Shown piece by piece: positions 1 through 10,290 of a stretch of 59,272 nt of DNA. The DNA lies in sequence record SRR2962707_2554; one strand, written 5' to 3'. Position numbers and translations under genes: made by a program. The number at the start of each line of letters is the position of its first letter. The stretch's first letter is position 1. The notes beneath the pieces were generated by a model. It worked only from the letters and a program-made list of their open reading frames with translations, was not told the DNA's origin and made no database searches.

Positions 1-477
1 GGCCACCGCATAGGGGCTGCGCGGGTGGAACGGGGTGGTCTCTGACTGTGGGGTTTCCTGCACCAGACCGTAAAGCTCGGAAGTCGAAGCCTGGTAGAAG
101 CGGGTCTTCTTTTCCAGACCGAGAAAGCGGACCGCTTCGAGAAGGCGCAGCGTGCCCATCGCGTCAACATCGGCGGTATATTCCGGGCTCTCAAAGCTTA
201 CGGCCACATGGGACTGTGCGCCGAGATTATAGACCTCATCGGGCCGGATTTCTGAAAGGATCCGCGTCAGGTTTGAGGTATCCGTCAAATCCCCATAATG
301 CAACTTCAACCTGGCGTTATCGACATGGGGATCTTGATATAAATGGTCAATCCGCTGAGTATTGAATGAGGAAGCTCGGCGTTTTATGCCATGAACCTCA
401 TAACCCCGCGCAAGTAAAAACTCCACGAGATATGAACCATCTTGTCCGGTGACACCGGTGATAAGTGCTGTTTTCAA
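1..477 (-). CDS. gmd: GDP-mannose 4,6-dehydratase, 5' part (runs off window start)
   Basis: Manual translation from TTG at 477: [17 protein letters not shown]...HYGDLTD...[19 protein letters not shown]...[11 protein letters not shown]...[20 protein letters not shown] upstream. Not in the ORF track. Confidence 0.97.
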   Translation of the reverse strand, partial: MKTALITGVTGQDGSYLVEFLLARGYEVHGIKRRASSFNTQRIDHLYQDPHVDNARLKLHYGDLTDTSNLTRILSEIRPDEVYNLGAQSHVAVSFESPEYTADVDAMGTLRLLEAVRFLGLEKKTRFYQASTSELYGLVQETPQSETTPFHPRSPYAVA

Positions 478-498
478 TTCTTCTAATACCTCTAAACG

Positions 499-1746
499 TT
501 ATCGACGGAAACCAAACTTCAACTTGCTCATGCGCTTCAACATCAGGTACTGCATGTATATTAACATGAAACTTATCAGGTGCTTGCCGAGAAAACCCGT
601 ACGTATGCCAATGTAGCAAATCGGTACCAATGCAATGGCGATAAATGCAGATCTGGAGAATATCACAACCCGATTTAGGCGGTGTTGAAGCCTGTATATT
701 ACAATTGCAAACATAGACGTTATTAAAACAACACCTAATATGCCAAGCGATGCATAACCTTCCGCAACTAATCCTATCGCTTTCTCGGAGCCTACGGCAG
801 CGACATCCGGAAAGTAAATTCTATTCAACGTAGATGTTTCAGGCTTAGAAGGCCAAAACGCCCTTGGTATCGCAAATGTAAACACATCTAAAGCATGAAA
901 GAATAATGTATACTGTCCATAATTTGTTATTTGTATTACACGCTCTGTCACCTCTAAATGCTCGTTGGATGCAAAAGCACTATTTAGTGCTACACCGAAC
1001 GAAAGGCCTTCTATTCCACTGATGCGCATTGATTGAAAAAATATCAAGACGGTTAATGCTGCTGCAGCAAACACGGATATTAGCTTCAAAGAAACATTTT
1101 TGTAAGCCAAATGAGTCAGCATCAACATCATGAGCGTTGCGACCATATTATGCCTAACCGTGAGCAGGCCATAGCCAATTGTAGTCAGAACAAAAAACGA
1201 AATGAACAAACACCAGTACCGTTTCCGGCGCGTTGATAAAGCTACCGCGTATAGGAAAGCGAGACTATAGGGACTTGACCATGCAAGCACACCGAGGATC
1301 CCGCTTCCTTCATTATTTACTCGAGCAGCAAGGTAACCTCGCCCGCCAAAATCGGAAATGACAGACAATAGCCCGCCGGAGCTGATTAGCGAATAATATG
1401 TGGCAAAATTTCCTATCAGACAAAAGAATGCAGCCAGCATAATCGCCACGCTTCCGATTGGCGCCTGTCTATTGGTTTCGTTAGCCTGAAAGCCCCTCAC
1501 GCTCAGCTTGTTGCGATATGAAAAAAACAAAAAAACAACATTTAACGCCAAATTGCTAACAACTATTGAAATAATCAATTCGTCAGAATACGAACGGTCG
1601 AACAAAAATGGAACGATGTATATAAGGGTAAATGTCGCTAAGGAAATATTTGGCAGCAACCCAAAGTGAGAGTTTCTCTTCGAGATAATAATTATAGAAA
1701 TAATATTACACAACAGCCAAAATACAACTCCGATTAAAGTTACCAT
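499..1746 (-). CDS. wzy: Probable O-antigen/polysaccharide polymerase Wzy
   Basis: 415 aa polytopic membrane protein with IPRAFWPSKP and EGYASLGILG motifs; AT-rich; next to wzx. Confidence 0.8.
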   Translation of the reverse strand: MVTLIGVVFWLLCNIISIIIISKRNSHFGLLPNISLATFTLIYIVPFLFDRSYSDELIISIVVSNLALNVVFLFFSYRNKLSVRGFQANETNRQAPIGSVAIMLAAFFCLIGNFATYYSLISSGGLLSVISDFGGRGYLAARVNNEGSGILGVLAWSSPYSLAFLYAVALSTRRKRYWCLFISFFVLTTIGYGLLTVRHNMVATLMMLMLTHLAYKNVSLKLISVFAAAALTVLIFFQSMRISGIEGLSFGVALNSAFASNEHLEVTERVIQITNYGQYTLFFHALDVFTFAIPRAFWPSKPETSTLNRIYFPDVAAVGSEKAIGLVAEGYASLGILGVVLITSMFAIVIYRLQHRLNRVVIFSRSAFIAIALVPICYIGIRTGFLGKHLISFMLIYMQYLMLKRMSKLKFGFRR

Positions 1747-1780
1747 TTACTAATGCACCTATGGTAATGGAAATTCGCAA

Positions 1781-3058
1781 TCATGAGTATTTAATCGCTC
1801 GTAGCTGCAAACGACCCAACGGGCGCAGCTTCCGCAGGGCCGAATTGATAATAATATATGCCACGAATTGAGCCAAGATTGTTGCGATGCAAGCTCCAGC
1901 GGCACCATACAGAGGTATCAGAACAAGGTTCCCGAGGACATTGGCGGCCAGCCCGGCAACGTTCCGAAAGAAATCAAACCTGCCCAAGCGCTCTACAACG
2001 AGCCATCGGTGGGTGATAATACCCCAGAAGGCAGGAAGCATTACCCAAGAGTGCAAGACTAGAAGCAATGCCGCTTCGTCGTAGGTCGGCCCGTAGACAA
2101 GCCTCACAATCGGCGTTGCAAAGATGCTCAGTAAAACGGAGATCCCCAAGGCAACGACCAAGGAGACACGGAGTGTGTGTACAAAGACTCTCTCGTATTC
2201 ATTATTAGAATGCACCCTCAGACGCACTAAAGCTGGGAAGGTAACGGCCGATGCCAATGTGGCCAAAGCGAAAAATGCTTCGGAGATCCGCAACGCGGCA
2301 GAGTAGGTACCCACGCTGCTTGTGTCAGACATTGCTGCGAGCATGAACTGGTCAATCCTCATAAATGCAATTACCGACAAACCACCAAGAAGAAACGGCA
2401 GCCCTTCGCGTGCGTAGCCACGGGCACCAGACACGAATACACCAGAGAAGTGGACGAGCTTTGGAAAGCGTAGGCCGCTCAACAGGTACGCCACGGTTAT
2501 TGCGGCGGAAACGAGTGCCTCGACCGCAAGTGCCAGCCAATACATTTCGATGCCTGCATCGTTGGCAACAAAGTATATTTTAACTGCTGCACCAGTGACG
2601 ATGACAGCGGTTTGAGATGCCCCGAGCAGGAAAAATCTTTCTTCACCCTGCATTTGCGGTTCGTATGTCGAAAATCCCAAGGCGACGAAACCGAAACTGA
2701 TGATTGCGAGATACATAAAGTAATCATTGAACATCGGTACCGTCATGGCAATCACGATGAAGAGCCCCTGCGCTAGCAAGGCGGCCATAACTCGCACTGC
2801 CCAAGCCTGAGCTATGCGATCAGCGCCCAGCAGACCCTGCGCTGCATCCCGCACGAGCACGTTGTCCAGCCCAAACTTCACGAGGATCGCAAGAGTCATG
2901 AAGACTGCCAACAATAGTGAGTATAGGCCAAAACCGGTTGTGCCAAGATGCCGAGCGATCAACGCATCGACCAGCAGGACCGTCATCATCTTGACCACTT
3001 TCGGAAAGACAAGCGCCGCAAAGCGTGCAAAAATTCTGAGCCGACCAGGATCGATCAT
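1781..3058 (-). CDS. wzx: Polysaccharide flippase Wzx
   Basis: ARHLGTTGFGLYS, RIDQFML...SVGTYSAALRI, NLVLIPLYGAAGACIAT: MOP/PST flippase motifs. Confidence 0.92.
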   Translation of the reverse strand: MIDPGRLRIFARFAALVFPKVVKMMTVLLVDALIARHLGTTGFGLYSLLLAVFMTLAILVKFGLDNVLVRDAAQGLLGADRIAQAWAVRVMAALLAQGLFIVIAMTVPMFNDYFMYLAIISFGFVALGFSTYEPQMQGEERFFLLGASQTAVIVTGAAVKIYFVANDAGIEMYWLALAVEALVSAAITVAYLLSGLRFPKLVHFSGVFVSGARGYAREGLPFLLGGLSVIAFMRIDQFMLAAMSDTSSVGTYSAALRISEAFFALATLASAVTFPALVRLRVHSNNEYERVFVHTLRVSLVVALGISVLLSIFATPIVRLVYGPTYDEAALLLVLHSWVMLPAFWGIITHRWLVVERLGRFDFFRNVAGLAANVLGNLVLIPLYGAAGACIATILAQFVAYIIINSALRKLRPLGRLQLRAIKYS

Positions 3059-4110
3059 TCAAGAGTCCGCCGATACACAGCGATAGTATTTTCAACCATA
3101 CTTTTGCTCGAAAATTGTGACGCGCGCACGTAACCTGCTTGGATCAGCTGGTTTCTGTTGTCTTCCTCTGCCAACCTCTGGAGCGCCCTCTCGGCGGAGT
3201 CAAGCCGCGAAGGATCGAACAACTGAGCCGCATTGCCTACAACCTCGGGCAGCGATGATCGACCGGCACACAGAACCGGGCAACCGCATGCCATTGCCTC
3301 AATGGGTGGAATACCGAAACCTTCATAAAACGACGGATAGATCAGTGCGAAAGCCTTTCGATAGGCGCTGCGAACGCCCTCAAGATTCTGCGGCCCCAAG
3401 AACCGGACTCTGCCCTCGATGCCGAGTTGTTTGATCTGCTCACACTCCGATTTACTCGGAGCGCCACCGCCGAGGACGTCAAGCGACATGTCCATCCCGA
3501 TTGCGACCGGGCCGGCGAGGAGATTGAGCACGAGGCCGAAATTTTTATGGATACTGCGAGCGCCTACATAAAGCAGATTTTTGCCACGTTCGCTGTCGTC
3601 GGGGGTGAAGTAGTCTAGGTCGATGCCGTTATGGATCACAACCACTTTTTCATGCGCGAGCCAGGGGTAGAATTGCAAAAGATCTCGTCGAGTACTTTCC
3701 GACACGCAGATGACCGTATGCGCGTTCCGCAGTGCGCGCTTCTTTTGGGTAAGGTGCAGGAAGCGGCGCGGGCCACGATCAAATTTCTCGACGACGCAAT
3801 CGTGGACAGTCACGATGTTTCGGACATCCGGGTTAGCTGCAACCCGGAAATAACTGCTGTGGAAAAGCCTTGTTCCGATTGGCAGCCGAGGATTGCGGAA
3901 CCGGCGCATAAGAGTGGAACCGGCGTCGTCCAGTGTGCGCAAACCAGGGCCGACCAGCGTTGTCAGACGTGCGTCATGTCTACTGGCCTGCAGATAGGTG
4001 ACGTCAAGATCATCCGACGCGGCCGCCCCCCGCAGGATGGCCTCCCATATCGACGTAATCCCGCCATGGGGCTGCAAGTCAAATATAAAGTTGTCGAGGA
4101 CGAGCATCAA
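3055..4110 (-). CDS. Glycosyltransferase family 4 (GT-B)
   Basis: VTVHD, VSESTRRD, YEGFGIPPIEAMACG, SSLPEVVG. Confidence 0.93.
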   Translation of the reverse strand: MMLVLDNFIFDLQPHGGITSIWEAILRGAAASDDLDVTYLQASRHDARLTTLVGPGLRTLDDAGSTLMRRFRNPRLPIGTRLFHSSYFRVAANPDVRNIVTVHDCVVEKFDRGPRRFLHLTQKKRALRNAHTVICVSESTRRDLLQFYPWLAHEKVVVIHNGIDLDYFTPDDSERGKNLLYVGARSIHKNFGLVLNLLAGPVAIGMDMSLDVLGGGAPSKSECEQIKQLGIEGRVRFLGPQNLEGVRSAYRKAFALIYPSFYEGFGIPPIEAMACGCPVLCAGRSSLPEVVGNAAQLFDPSRLDSAERALQRLAEEDNRNQLIQAGYVRASQFSSKSMVENTIAVYRRTLE

Positions 4111-5286
4111 TCAAATACCCGTCCGCTTCAGAGCCAGCGAAAAGATCCTGTGAGCATGATAGAGCGGCAGATTAAGTCGTGTAACACCCGGGTATCGCGT
4201 CTGCATCTCCGCCATAGGTGGAAACACACCGGACAGGAGATCGAGTGGTCGATCATAGAGTAGGGCAACGAAGAAGATGAAGCCGAGGTTGCTCCATTTT
4301 TTCTCGTCCGGATTGAAGACCCCGACTTTTTGTAGCCATTTCTCGATCAAACGCACCTTCCACCCCGCCGGTTGAATGGAAGAAAGCGCATATTGCGGGA
4401 TGTCAGTATCTAGAAGACTGACGGCCATTGCGAGTGAGAAATATACCGCAGTTTCGCCATGCATTTCCTTTACGCGCTCGATAAAAGTCTTCCAATCGAT
4501 AGGTTGCGTTTCTACAATGCGCTCAACGTCTGTATGCAATCGAAAACCGGGAGCACGCACGAAAGAATGTTTCGCTGTATGAAGGCAGACCTGTAGAAGA
4601 TTGTCCTCCGGCGACATCAGCAAAACGTCCGTGTCAGAGCTTTTGCTCGCCCGTTGCAGCAGGTCTTCAGCCTTAGGTTCCTGTCCCGGACGAATCCAGC
4701 GACCAGCTATGGGGCGCCACTGCAATTCGAACCAAAGGTGTTCGCCACCGGGAAGGGTCGTGGAATACTCCGCCCCGCCTCCAGCAAACGCCTCATCGAT
4801 ATCATCATTCTCGTGGATGTTGCGGAATTTGAGCGTGTATCCAAGCTGCTCAATAACTGCATGAGCCAAATGAAAATCCCGCGGGGCAATCAGTACGTCA
4901 ATATCCCCCATGGGACTGGCGCCCGGATGCTGGTAAAGGCGCCGGGTGATCCCCGAGTTCTTTAAGGCGATTAGGGGAATGGAACGGGCAGCCAGTGCAG
5001 CGGCCACACGGTCCAACTCCTGCATATACCGCGAGATTCGCGTTTCGGTCGCATCGAACTCCACGCGCCAATGGTCGGGGAGGCCTTCCTTGTCCACGAG
5101 GTGGGTCAATAAAGCGTGGGCTACGATTGGGACGACCCCATTGGCCGTTGCCGCCTCGTGAATGGAGACATCACCAAGCCGACGGTAGCCCTCGTTGAGG
5201 GCGGTCACCTCCACACGATCAATGTGACGTATAGCATTACAAAGAAACTGCTCTGCCGGTGTAGCCGTAAATGTAAGATTACGCAT
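4111..5286 (-). CDS. Nucleotidyltransferase family protein (NTP_transf_5-like)
   Basis: IALKNSG...PMGDIDVLI motif, ELQW, LLQVCLHTAKH. Confidence 0.8.
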   Translation of the reverse strand: MRNLTFTATPAEQFLCNAIRHIDRVEVTALNEGYRRLGDVSIHEAATANGVVPIVAHALLTHLVDKEGLPDHWRVEFDATETRISRYMQELDRVAAALAARSIPLIALKNSGITRRLYQHPGASPMGDIDVLIAPRDFHLAHAVIEQLGYTLKFRNIHENDDIDEAFAGGGAEYSTTLPGGEHLWFELQWRPIAGRWIRPGQEPKAEDLLQRASKSSDTDVLLMSPEDNLLQVCLHTAKHSFVRAPGFRLHTDVERIVETQPIDWKTFIERVKEMHGETAVYFSLAMAVSLLDTDIPQYALSSIQPAGWKVRLIEKWLQKVGVFNPDEKKWSNLGFIFFVALLYDRPLDLLSGVFPPMAEMQTRYPGVTRLNLPLYHAHRIFSLALKRTGI

Positions 5287-5345
5287 TTCTCGTTCTCATA
5301 TCTTAGCCCGGCGCCCTGAATTGCCGGCGGCCCACGACGAGCAAG

Positions 5346-6566
5346 TTAGTGGCGAACATCCCGTATATCAGTCTGGTGGCCGGCGCGCACCATATCGTCT
5401 AGGATGTCTACGAAATCACCGGTGCAGAGAGCCCGGTCGTGATTCAAAATGCAATAATCACGCGCCGCTGTCTTCATCGCATCAAGCCGTCCACGGTCCC
5501 CCGCGAGCTCGACGACCACTTCCGCAAGGCGCGCTGGCTCGCCCGGTTCGAGCTGTACACCGCATTGCCCCGCTTCGATGGTATCGGTCAACTCACTCTC
5601 ACCCTGGCAAATCGCCAGAATCGCAGCTCCAGCCGCCATGTAGTAGTAGGTCTTCGAGGGAATCATCAGGCCCTCCGCCCCGCGATCCAGGGCAACCAGC
5701 GCCAGATCGGCCATGCCTAGAGTGTAAGGCAGCATCGCCTCGGGCTGGAAGGGAAGCACATGCAAATTCGTGAGCGCATGAGCGATCTTGAAATCACAGG
5801 CATCCTGCCACTTTGCGCCTTCGCCGATCAGCACGAAGGCGACGTCGTCGCGGTCACGAAGGATCTCCGCAGCCTGAAGGATACTGTCGATATCATGGCT
5901 GTAACCCATGTTTCCGGAATATAGCACCACCGTCTTGTCGCCCAGATCAAGTTCGGCAACGACGGGGTTGGCAGAGCGTGACTGTGGGGCAATAACCTTT
6001 GTGTCAACCCAGATTGGCACCACTGCCACCCGCCCCAAACCAGTCCTGCTCGGATCAAACTGCGTCGAGAGGCGGTCGGCCATTCTGCGACCAATCGTAA
6101 TTACACCCTCGGAATGGTTCCAAACCCACCGATTCATTTTGTGCCAGAGCGCCGCAACAAGGCTTTTCTCACCAAGCACGCCCATTGCGATCGCGGTATC
6201 CGGGTGCAGGTCGTAGACCAGTATAAAATAGCGTCGCCCCAGTAGCCGGGCCAGTAGCAGGACTGGCCCCATCGTTGGAGGATTCGATACCACCACCGCA
6301 ATGCCTGAACGCGGCATGCGGAATAGTGCACCCAGTGCACGCCACGTGTAGCTTAGCCACGACCCGAGCCGGCGCCATTTGGTCGAGCGATCATAGCTCG
6401 GCATCGCAACGACGCGCAGGTTCCCGATGGGCGTGCCGAGCGCCAGCGTGTCCGGATGACCCGTATAAAGCACGGCACCACCGAAGTTGCTGTCTGCGAG
6501 AGCCACAGCTAGTTCGCGAAACAGTGGCCCGGCCATCTGGTTGAAGAGATAATACCGTTCTGACAT
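5346..6566 (-). CDS. Glycosyltransferase family 4 (WbuB/WcaI-like)
   Basis: VSNPP, VYDLHPD, YSGNMGYSH, PSKTYYYMAAG. Confidence 0.92.
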   Translation of the reverse strand: MSERYYLFNQMAGPLFRELAVALADSNFGGAVLYTGHPDTLALGTPIGNLRVVAMPSYDRSTKWRRLGSWLSYTWRALGALFRMPRSGIAVVVSNPPTMGPVLLLARLLGRRYFILVYDLHPDTAIAMGVLGEKSLVAALWHKMNRWVWNHSEGVITIGRRMADRLSTQFDPSRTGLGRVAVVPIWVDTKVIAPQSRSANPVVAELDLGDKTVVLYSGNMGYSHDIDSILQAAEILRDRDDVAFVLIGEGAKWQDACDFKIAHALTNLHVLPFQPEAMLPYTLGMADLALVALDRGAEGLMIPSKTYYYMAAGAAILAICQGESELTDTIEAGQCGVQLEPGEPARLAEVVVELAGDRGRLDAMKTAARDYCILNHDRALCTGDFVDILDDMVRAGHQTDIRDVRH

Positions 6567-6578
6567 TCGATCGTACGC

Positions 6579-7739
6579 CTAGCTGATATGCAAAGCGGAA
6601 TCCGCTTCCCGAAGCCAGGGCACCATCGCCCCCGCCTTATCGACAATCGCTTCCGCAGCGACTCCGCGCAACCGAAGATGGAGGTCTTCGAGCAGGAATA
6701 TGGCAATCAGGGCAGCAGAATTACCTCGCTGCTCGAATCCCCAGGCATCTATACCACCTGCAGCTTCGGCCTTAAGACGCTCCTGTACAATCCTGTCACT
6801 GAATCCATCCGCGAAGCGGCTTTGGCTCGTGTAAACGAGGTAATCGTAAATCACGCTCCGCAATTCACTGTATTCCCAATCGATGATCCAAGTCTTGAGT
6901 GGAGATGTAAGAATATTTGCAGGCTGAAAATCGCCATGCGTCTGACACAAGGTGAGCGAGAAATCGTCGACCTTTGCGAGAATAGCCAAGATGTCGGCCA
7001 CAATGCCCTGAATCATCGTTGAAAGCACTATATTATTTGGGATTGTCTTACCTATCCTAGCGACCAACCCTGCGGCATAGGGTTTTGCAGCAACCGTTTG
7101 TTTAGTTTTCTCGCGCAGTCCAACGATCCCCCGCACAGCTTGGCCAAGCGCGGTCTCTACAACACGCTGTTCGCCGATGCGGTTGATCGGAAGTCCTAGA
7201 ACCCGCTCCTCAACGTACCAGTTCATCTGCTCATCGACTTGCAACACTTGAGGAGCGGGTAATTCCGGATTAGCAATCCGGATATTGGCATCATTTAGAA
7301 AGAAGTGCTTTTCGAACCCTTCCTTTCCATAGACAATGGAACGGTTTTTTCCAAGGTCGATGATCCTTATTGTGTGGTTCCCTGGCAGGAAAACCCAACC
7401 CGTCATTTCTGGCAGCGGATCCAGAAGATCGAAAGCTTTCGGGCAGAATATGCTGGAAATCGGCGGCGTAGTGGCCAAAGTGCAGTATGCGGTCTGCAGT
7501 ACACGCAAGGCTATGTTGTCGGAAAACCCAAACTCCGCGGACAATTCGCGAACGGCTGCGGTTGGGGCGGTCACAGGATATATCAAGTTCAGGTGGGCAT
7601 TTTGGCGGAATGTTAGGTTGCCTTGACCGGCAGGCACCGTTCTTACGGTGCGCCCAAAGAAATCCTTTGTAAAGCGTTCCAGAGAACGTGCGAAAATCGT
7701 CTCAAATTCTTCGCGGGCGTTCAGAAGGGAAATTTTCAT
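6579..7739 (-). CDS. Aminoglycoside-phosphotransferase-like (APH/choline kinase fold) kinase
   Basis: Brenner motif HGDFQPANI and IIDWE. Confidence 0.8.
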   Translation of the reverse strand: MKISLLNAREEFETIFARSLERFTKDFFGRTVRTVPAGQGNLTFRQNAHLNLIYPVTAPTAAVRELSAEFGFSDNIALRVLQTAYCTLATTPPISSIFCPKAFDLLDPLPEMTGWVFLPGNHTIRIIDLGKNRSIVYGKEGFEKHFFLNDANIRIANPELPAPQVLQVDEQMNWYVEERVLGLPINRIGEQRVVETALGQAVRGIVGLREKTKQTVAAKPYAAGLVARIGKTIPNNIVLSTMIQGIVADILAILAKVDDFSLTLCQTHGDFQPANILTSPLKTWIIDWEYSELRSVIYDYLVYTSQSRFADGFSDRIVQERLKAEAAGGIDAWGFEQRGNSAALIAIFLLEDLHLRLRGVAAEAIVDKAGAMVPWLREADSALHIS

Positions 7740-8434
7740 GCGCAGATCTTGAGGTTCGTATTTCTGCCTAGTGCATCCATCATCTTTTCAGTCACTTGGT
7801 CTAACGGCTCTGAGCCATCAATACGGACAGTTTCGGCACCATTGAATTCAGGAGCGTCTCGATATTTCTGAAACCGAAAAGCAAGAGTATCAGGGTCGTC
7901 AGGGAACGGTTCATTCTTCAGGCGAGAACGCTTCAGTGATAATTCGATTGGTACGGTCAGGACAAAATAGGTGTTCGGGGAAGGAGCGAGCCATCCGAGA
8001 AGGCGCCAGAGTGGTCCGGTAGTTCTGAAGTGGCCGGGGAAGTTCCGCTCAAAATCGATACGTGTGTCGCCTACATAGCGATCGCAGACAACGACACATC
8101 CAGACAGAGACAGGAAACGAACATAGACACCATAGAACAGGCTCAGATCTAGTATCGCGAACGCCAACCACGCCCTTGCGACGATCGGGTGGCCCATCAT
8201 GTGAGAACGACGTTCAACATATTTCCGACTTACTTTCTTGTCGAAACCTTTAGAATTACCCTGGCGACCAATAATTTTAAGTAATAAATTCTTCGCGGTT
8301 AGCATGATTGGCGTATATCCGCCGCGAGCCCATAGATGTCGCGTGCGGTAGCCAGATTTCTGCAGTGCTTCGCAAAGGGCATTGATTTGCGTTGATTTGC
8401 CTGCACCATCGGTGCCGGAAAAGGCGATTAGCAT
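7736..8434 (-). CDS. Thymidylate-kinase-like P-loop kinase
   Basis: IAFSGTDGAGKST P-loop and VVCDRY motif, with a hydrophobic insert. Confidence 0.8.
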   Translation of the reverse strand: MLIAFSGTDGAGKSTQINALCEALQKSGYRTRHLWARGGYTPIMLTAKNLLLKIIGRQGNSKGFDKKVSRKYVERRSHMMGHPIVARAWLAFAILDLSLFYGVYVRFLSLSGCVVVCDRYVGDTRIDFERNFPGHFRTTGPLWRLLGWLAPSPNTYFVLTVPIELSLKRSRLKNEPFPDDPDTLAFRFQKYRDAPEFNGAETVRIDGSEPLDQVTEKMMDALGRNTNLKICA

Positions 8435-9094
8435 CTATGAGTCCGCCCCGTCCACAATTACCCCGTCGGGGTCAACGGTCAACACATCGGTAATCCGAGC
8501 CGGCGGGCACAACCAGCATCGTCGCTGCGCGAGCAATAGCATGTCTGAGTCAGTCAGGCTGTCACTCCAGGCTTCGACGTATGTTATCGGTTGGCCCCTG
8601 TTTTTTGCCCAGCGTTCTATAATGGCCTTCTTGTTTGCGCCAAAGCAACCTATCCCGTCCAACGCTCCTGTAAAAATCCCATTTTCAGTCGCAAACTCGG
8701 TACCCAACGTTTCAACAGTCGTGCCGTGGAAAAAATGTTCGACGGCGTTCCTTGGTGAGGCTGTAACCACAAGCACCCGTCGTCCAGCCTCGAGATGACT
8801 TTGCATAGCCTCACAAGCGATAGCCCGCAGGTCCTTTTGGACATAGTGAACGTATGCTTCGTTAACAACATGAAGGTGCGTCGGAGACAGGCCACGAAGC
8901 AAGCCGCCAATCATTCTGAACTTGGCATCCTGAAGACCTATTGGTTGCCGCTTCGCCAGAAGGAATGCGAGTAGGAGGCCAAAATTGCGAGCGGTGCGGA
9001 AGGGGTAAACCTGCGCAAAAGACCTTAACCAAATCCTAGTCGTATCACGTCGCGTGATTGTTTCATCGAAGTCAAAGAGAACGCACTCGGTCAT
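8435..9094 (-). CDS. HAD-IB family phosphatase/hydrolase
   Basis: FDFDETIT motif I, VTAS motif II, CFGANK, SDSLTD motif IV. Confidence 0.88.
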   Translation of the reverse strand: MTECVLFDFDETITRRDTTRIWLRSFAQVYPFRTARNFGLLLAFLLAKRQPIGLQDAKFRMIGGLLRGLSPTHLHVVNEAYVHYVQKDLRAIACEAMQSHLEAGRRVLVVTASPRNAVEHFFHGTTVETLGTEFATENGIFTGALDGIGCFGANKKAIIERWAKNRGQPITYVEAWSDSLTDSDMLLLAQRRCWLCPPARITDVLTVDPDGVIVDGADS

Positions 9095-10290
9095 CCAAGC
9101 ATACCCTTCTCGGCGGCATTGAGGCTACCTTTTGAGGCGGCTGACACTATATAGCGAAGGAACTCGCCCGGAAATACCATGGGATCGTCAAGAAAGGCGT
9201 CATCGACTGCGTCGGCGCGTTCCGCGAACAGGGTCTTCGCCGCATCACGTGGCCGCATATTAAGCATCTGCCCAGTCGCTACGGCAATATCCCCAAGCAG
9301 CCAGCGATTGATCCATCCATAAGACACAGGGTGTTCCGCAAAATAGGATTTAGCCGCATGCGGCCCTTGGGTCACACAGAGGTATCCCAAATATGGAAAC
9401 TCTACTCCTGCATCGATCGCCAGTGGGAGTGACCCCCAAAGGCGCGGGTTCACTTCGATGAACCAAAACTTGCCGGTCGTTGGACAAACCTTAAATTCGG
9501 CCATAGCGAAGCCGTGCCATCCAACATGCGAGAATATCTTCTCTGCAGCATCCTCCAATACATCGTTACGCGCTGCTTCACGCAACGTGCTTGTACCTCC
9601 GGTGACGATCTTTTCGCGTAGACGACGATGCGTGAAGCCCGCAATTTTTTCACCTTGCCAATATAGCACAGAAGAGCCCCAGCCTTCTCCGTCGACATGC
9701 TGCTCAACCTGCGGGAGTCGTTCTTGTCCAAGTTTGTACTCTTCAATTAAGCGACGAACGATCGCGACACAGTCGACAATGGAGTCTGCGTAAAAGACGC
9801 CTTTCGAACTGTTGCCAGTACGCAACTTAATTACCGTCCGCTTTATATTTTGCTCACGTAATTGTTTGGCCAAATGATATGCATCTCTATATTGGATGCG
9901 CGCAGGTACTGGCACGCCAGCCTCAGTGGCCAAATCATAGGCTTTAGCCTTATCGTTGAATGCCTGACTGGATGAATAGTCTGGGAGGAGGGCGCCAAGG
10001 CGACCGGGAAGCAGGTCGCGATGTCGAGCCAAGACTTCTGTCTCGTTATGGGACGCCATGATAAAGTCAACCTGCCTTCGTGCGCAGATTTCACGAATCG
10101 CAGCAACGAAGGCACCTTCATTAAAGTAGTGGCTAGGATATAGATCGAAACCGGTCTTCTTGAACGAAGCCTGACACATTCCCGTGCGAAACGAATCCGC
10201 GACATGGACATCTACGCCGTGTGCAGCCAGGTTTCGCAAAACGGCATAGGAAGATCGGACCCAGCCATAGGTGACGAGAACACGGCTCAT
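9091..10290 (-). CDS. ATP-grasp carboxylate-amine ligase
   Basis: DKAKAY...GVPVP, VIKLRTGNSSKGV, AMAEFK, FIEVNPRLWGS. Confidence 0.88.
   Translation of the reverse strand: MSRVLVTYGWVRSSYAVLRNLAAHGVDVHVADSFRTGMCQASFKKTGFDLYPSHYFNEGAFVAAIREICARRQVDFIMASHNETEVLARHRDLLPGRLGALLPDYSSSQAFNDKAKAYDLATEAGVPVPARIQYRDAYHLAKQLREQNIKRTVIKLRTGNSSKGVFYADSIVDCVAIVRRLIEEYKLGQERLPQVEQHVDGEGWGSSVLYWQGEKIAGFTHRRLREKIVTGGTSTLREAARNDVLEDAAEKIFSHVGWHGFAMAEFKVCPTTGKFWFIEVNPRLWGSLPLAIDAGVEFPYLGYLCVTQGPHAAKSYFAEHPVSYGWINRWLLGDIAVATGQMLNMRPRDAAKTLFAERADAVDDAFLDDPMVFPGEFLRYIVSAASKGSLNAAEKGMLG

Noticed and set aside
48-365. 105-aa plus-strand ORF
   Set aside because: Antisense shadow of gmd
4111-10290. RiPP cluster (lasso peptide or graspetide) suggested by ATP-grasp, kinase and nucleotidyltransferase
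   Set aside because: No precursor peptide, RRE/PqqD, leader peptidase or cyclase; the context is glycan biosynthesis
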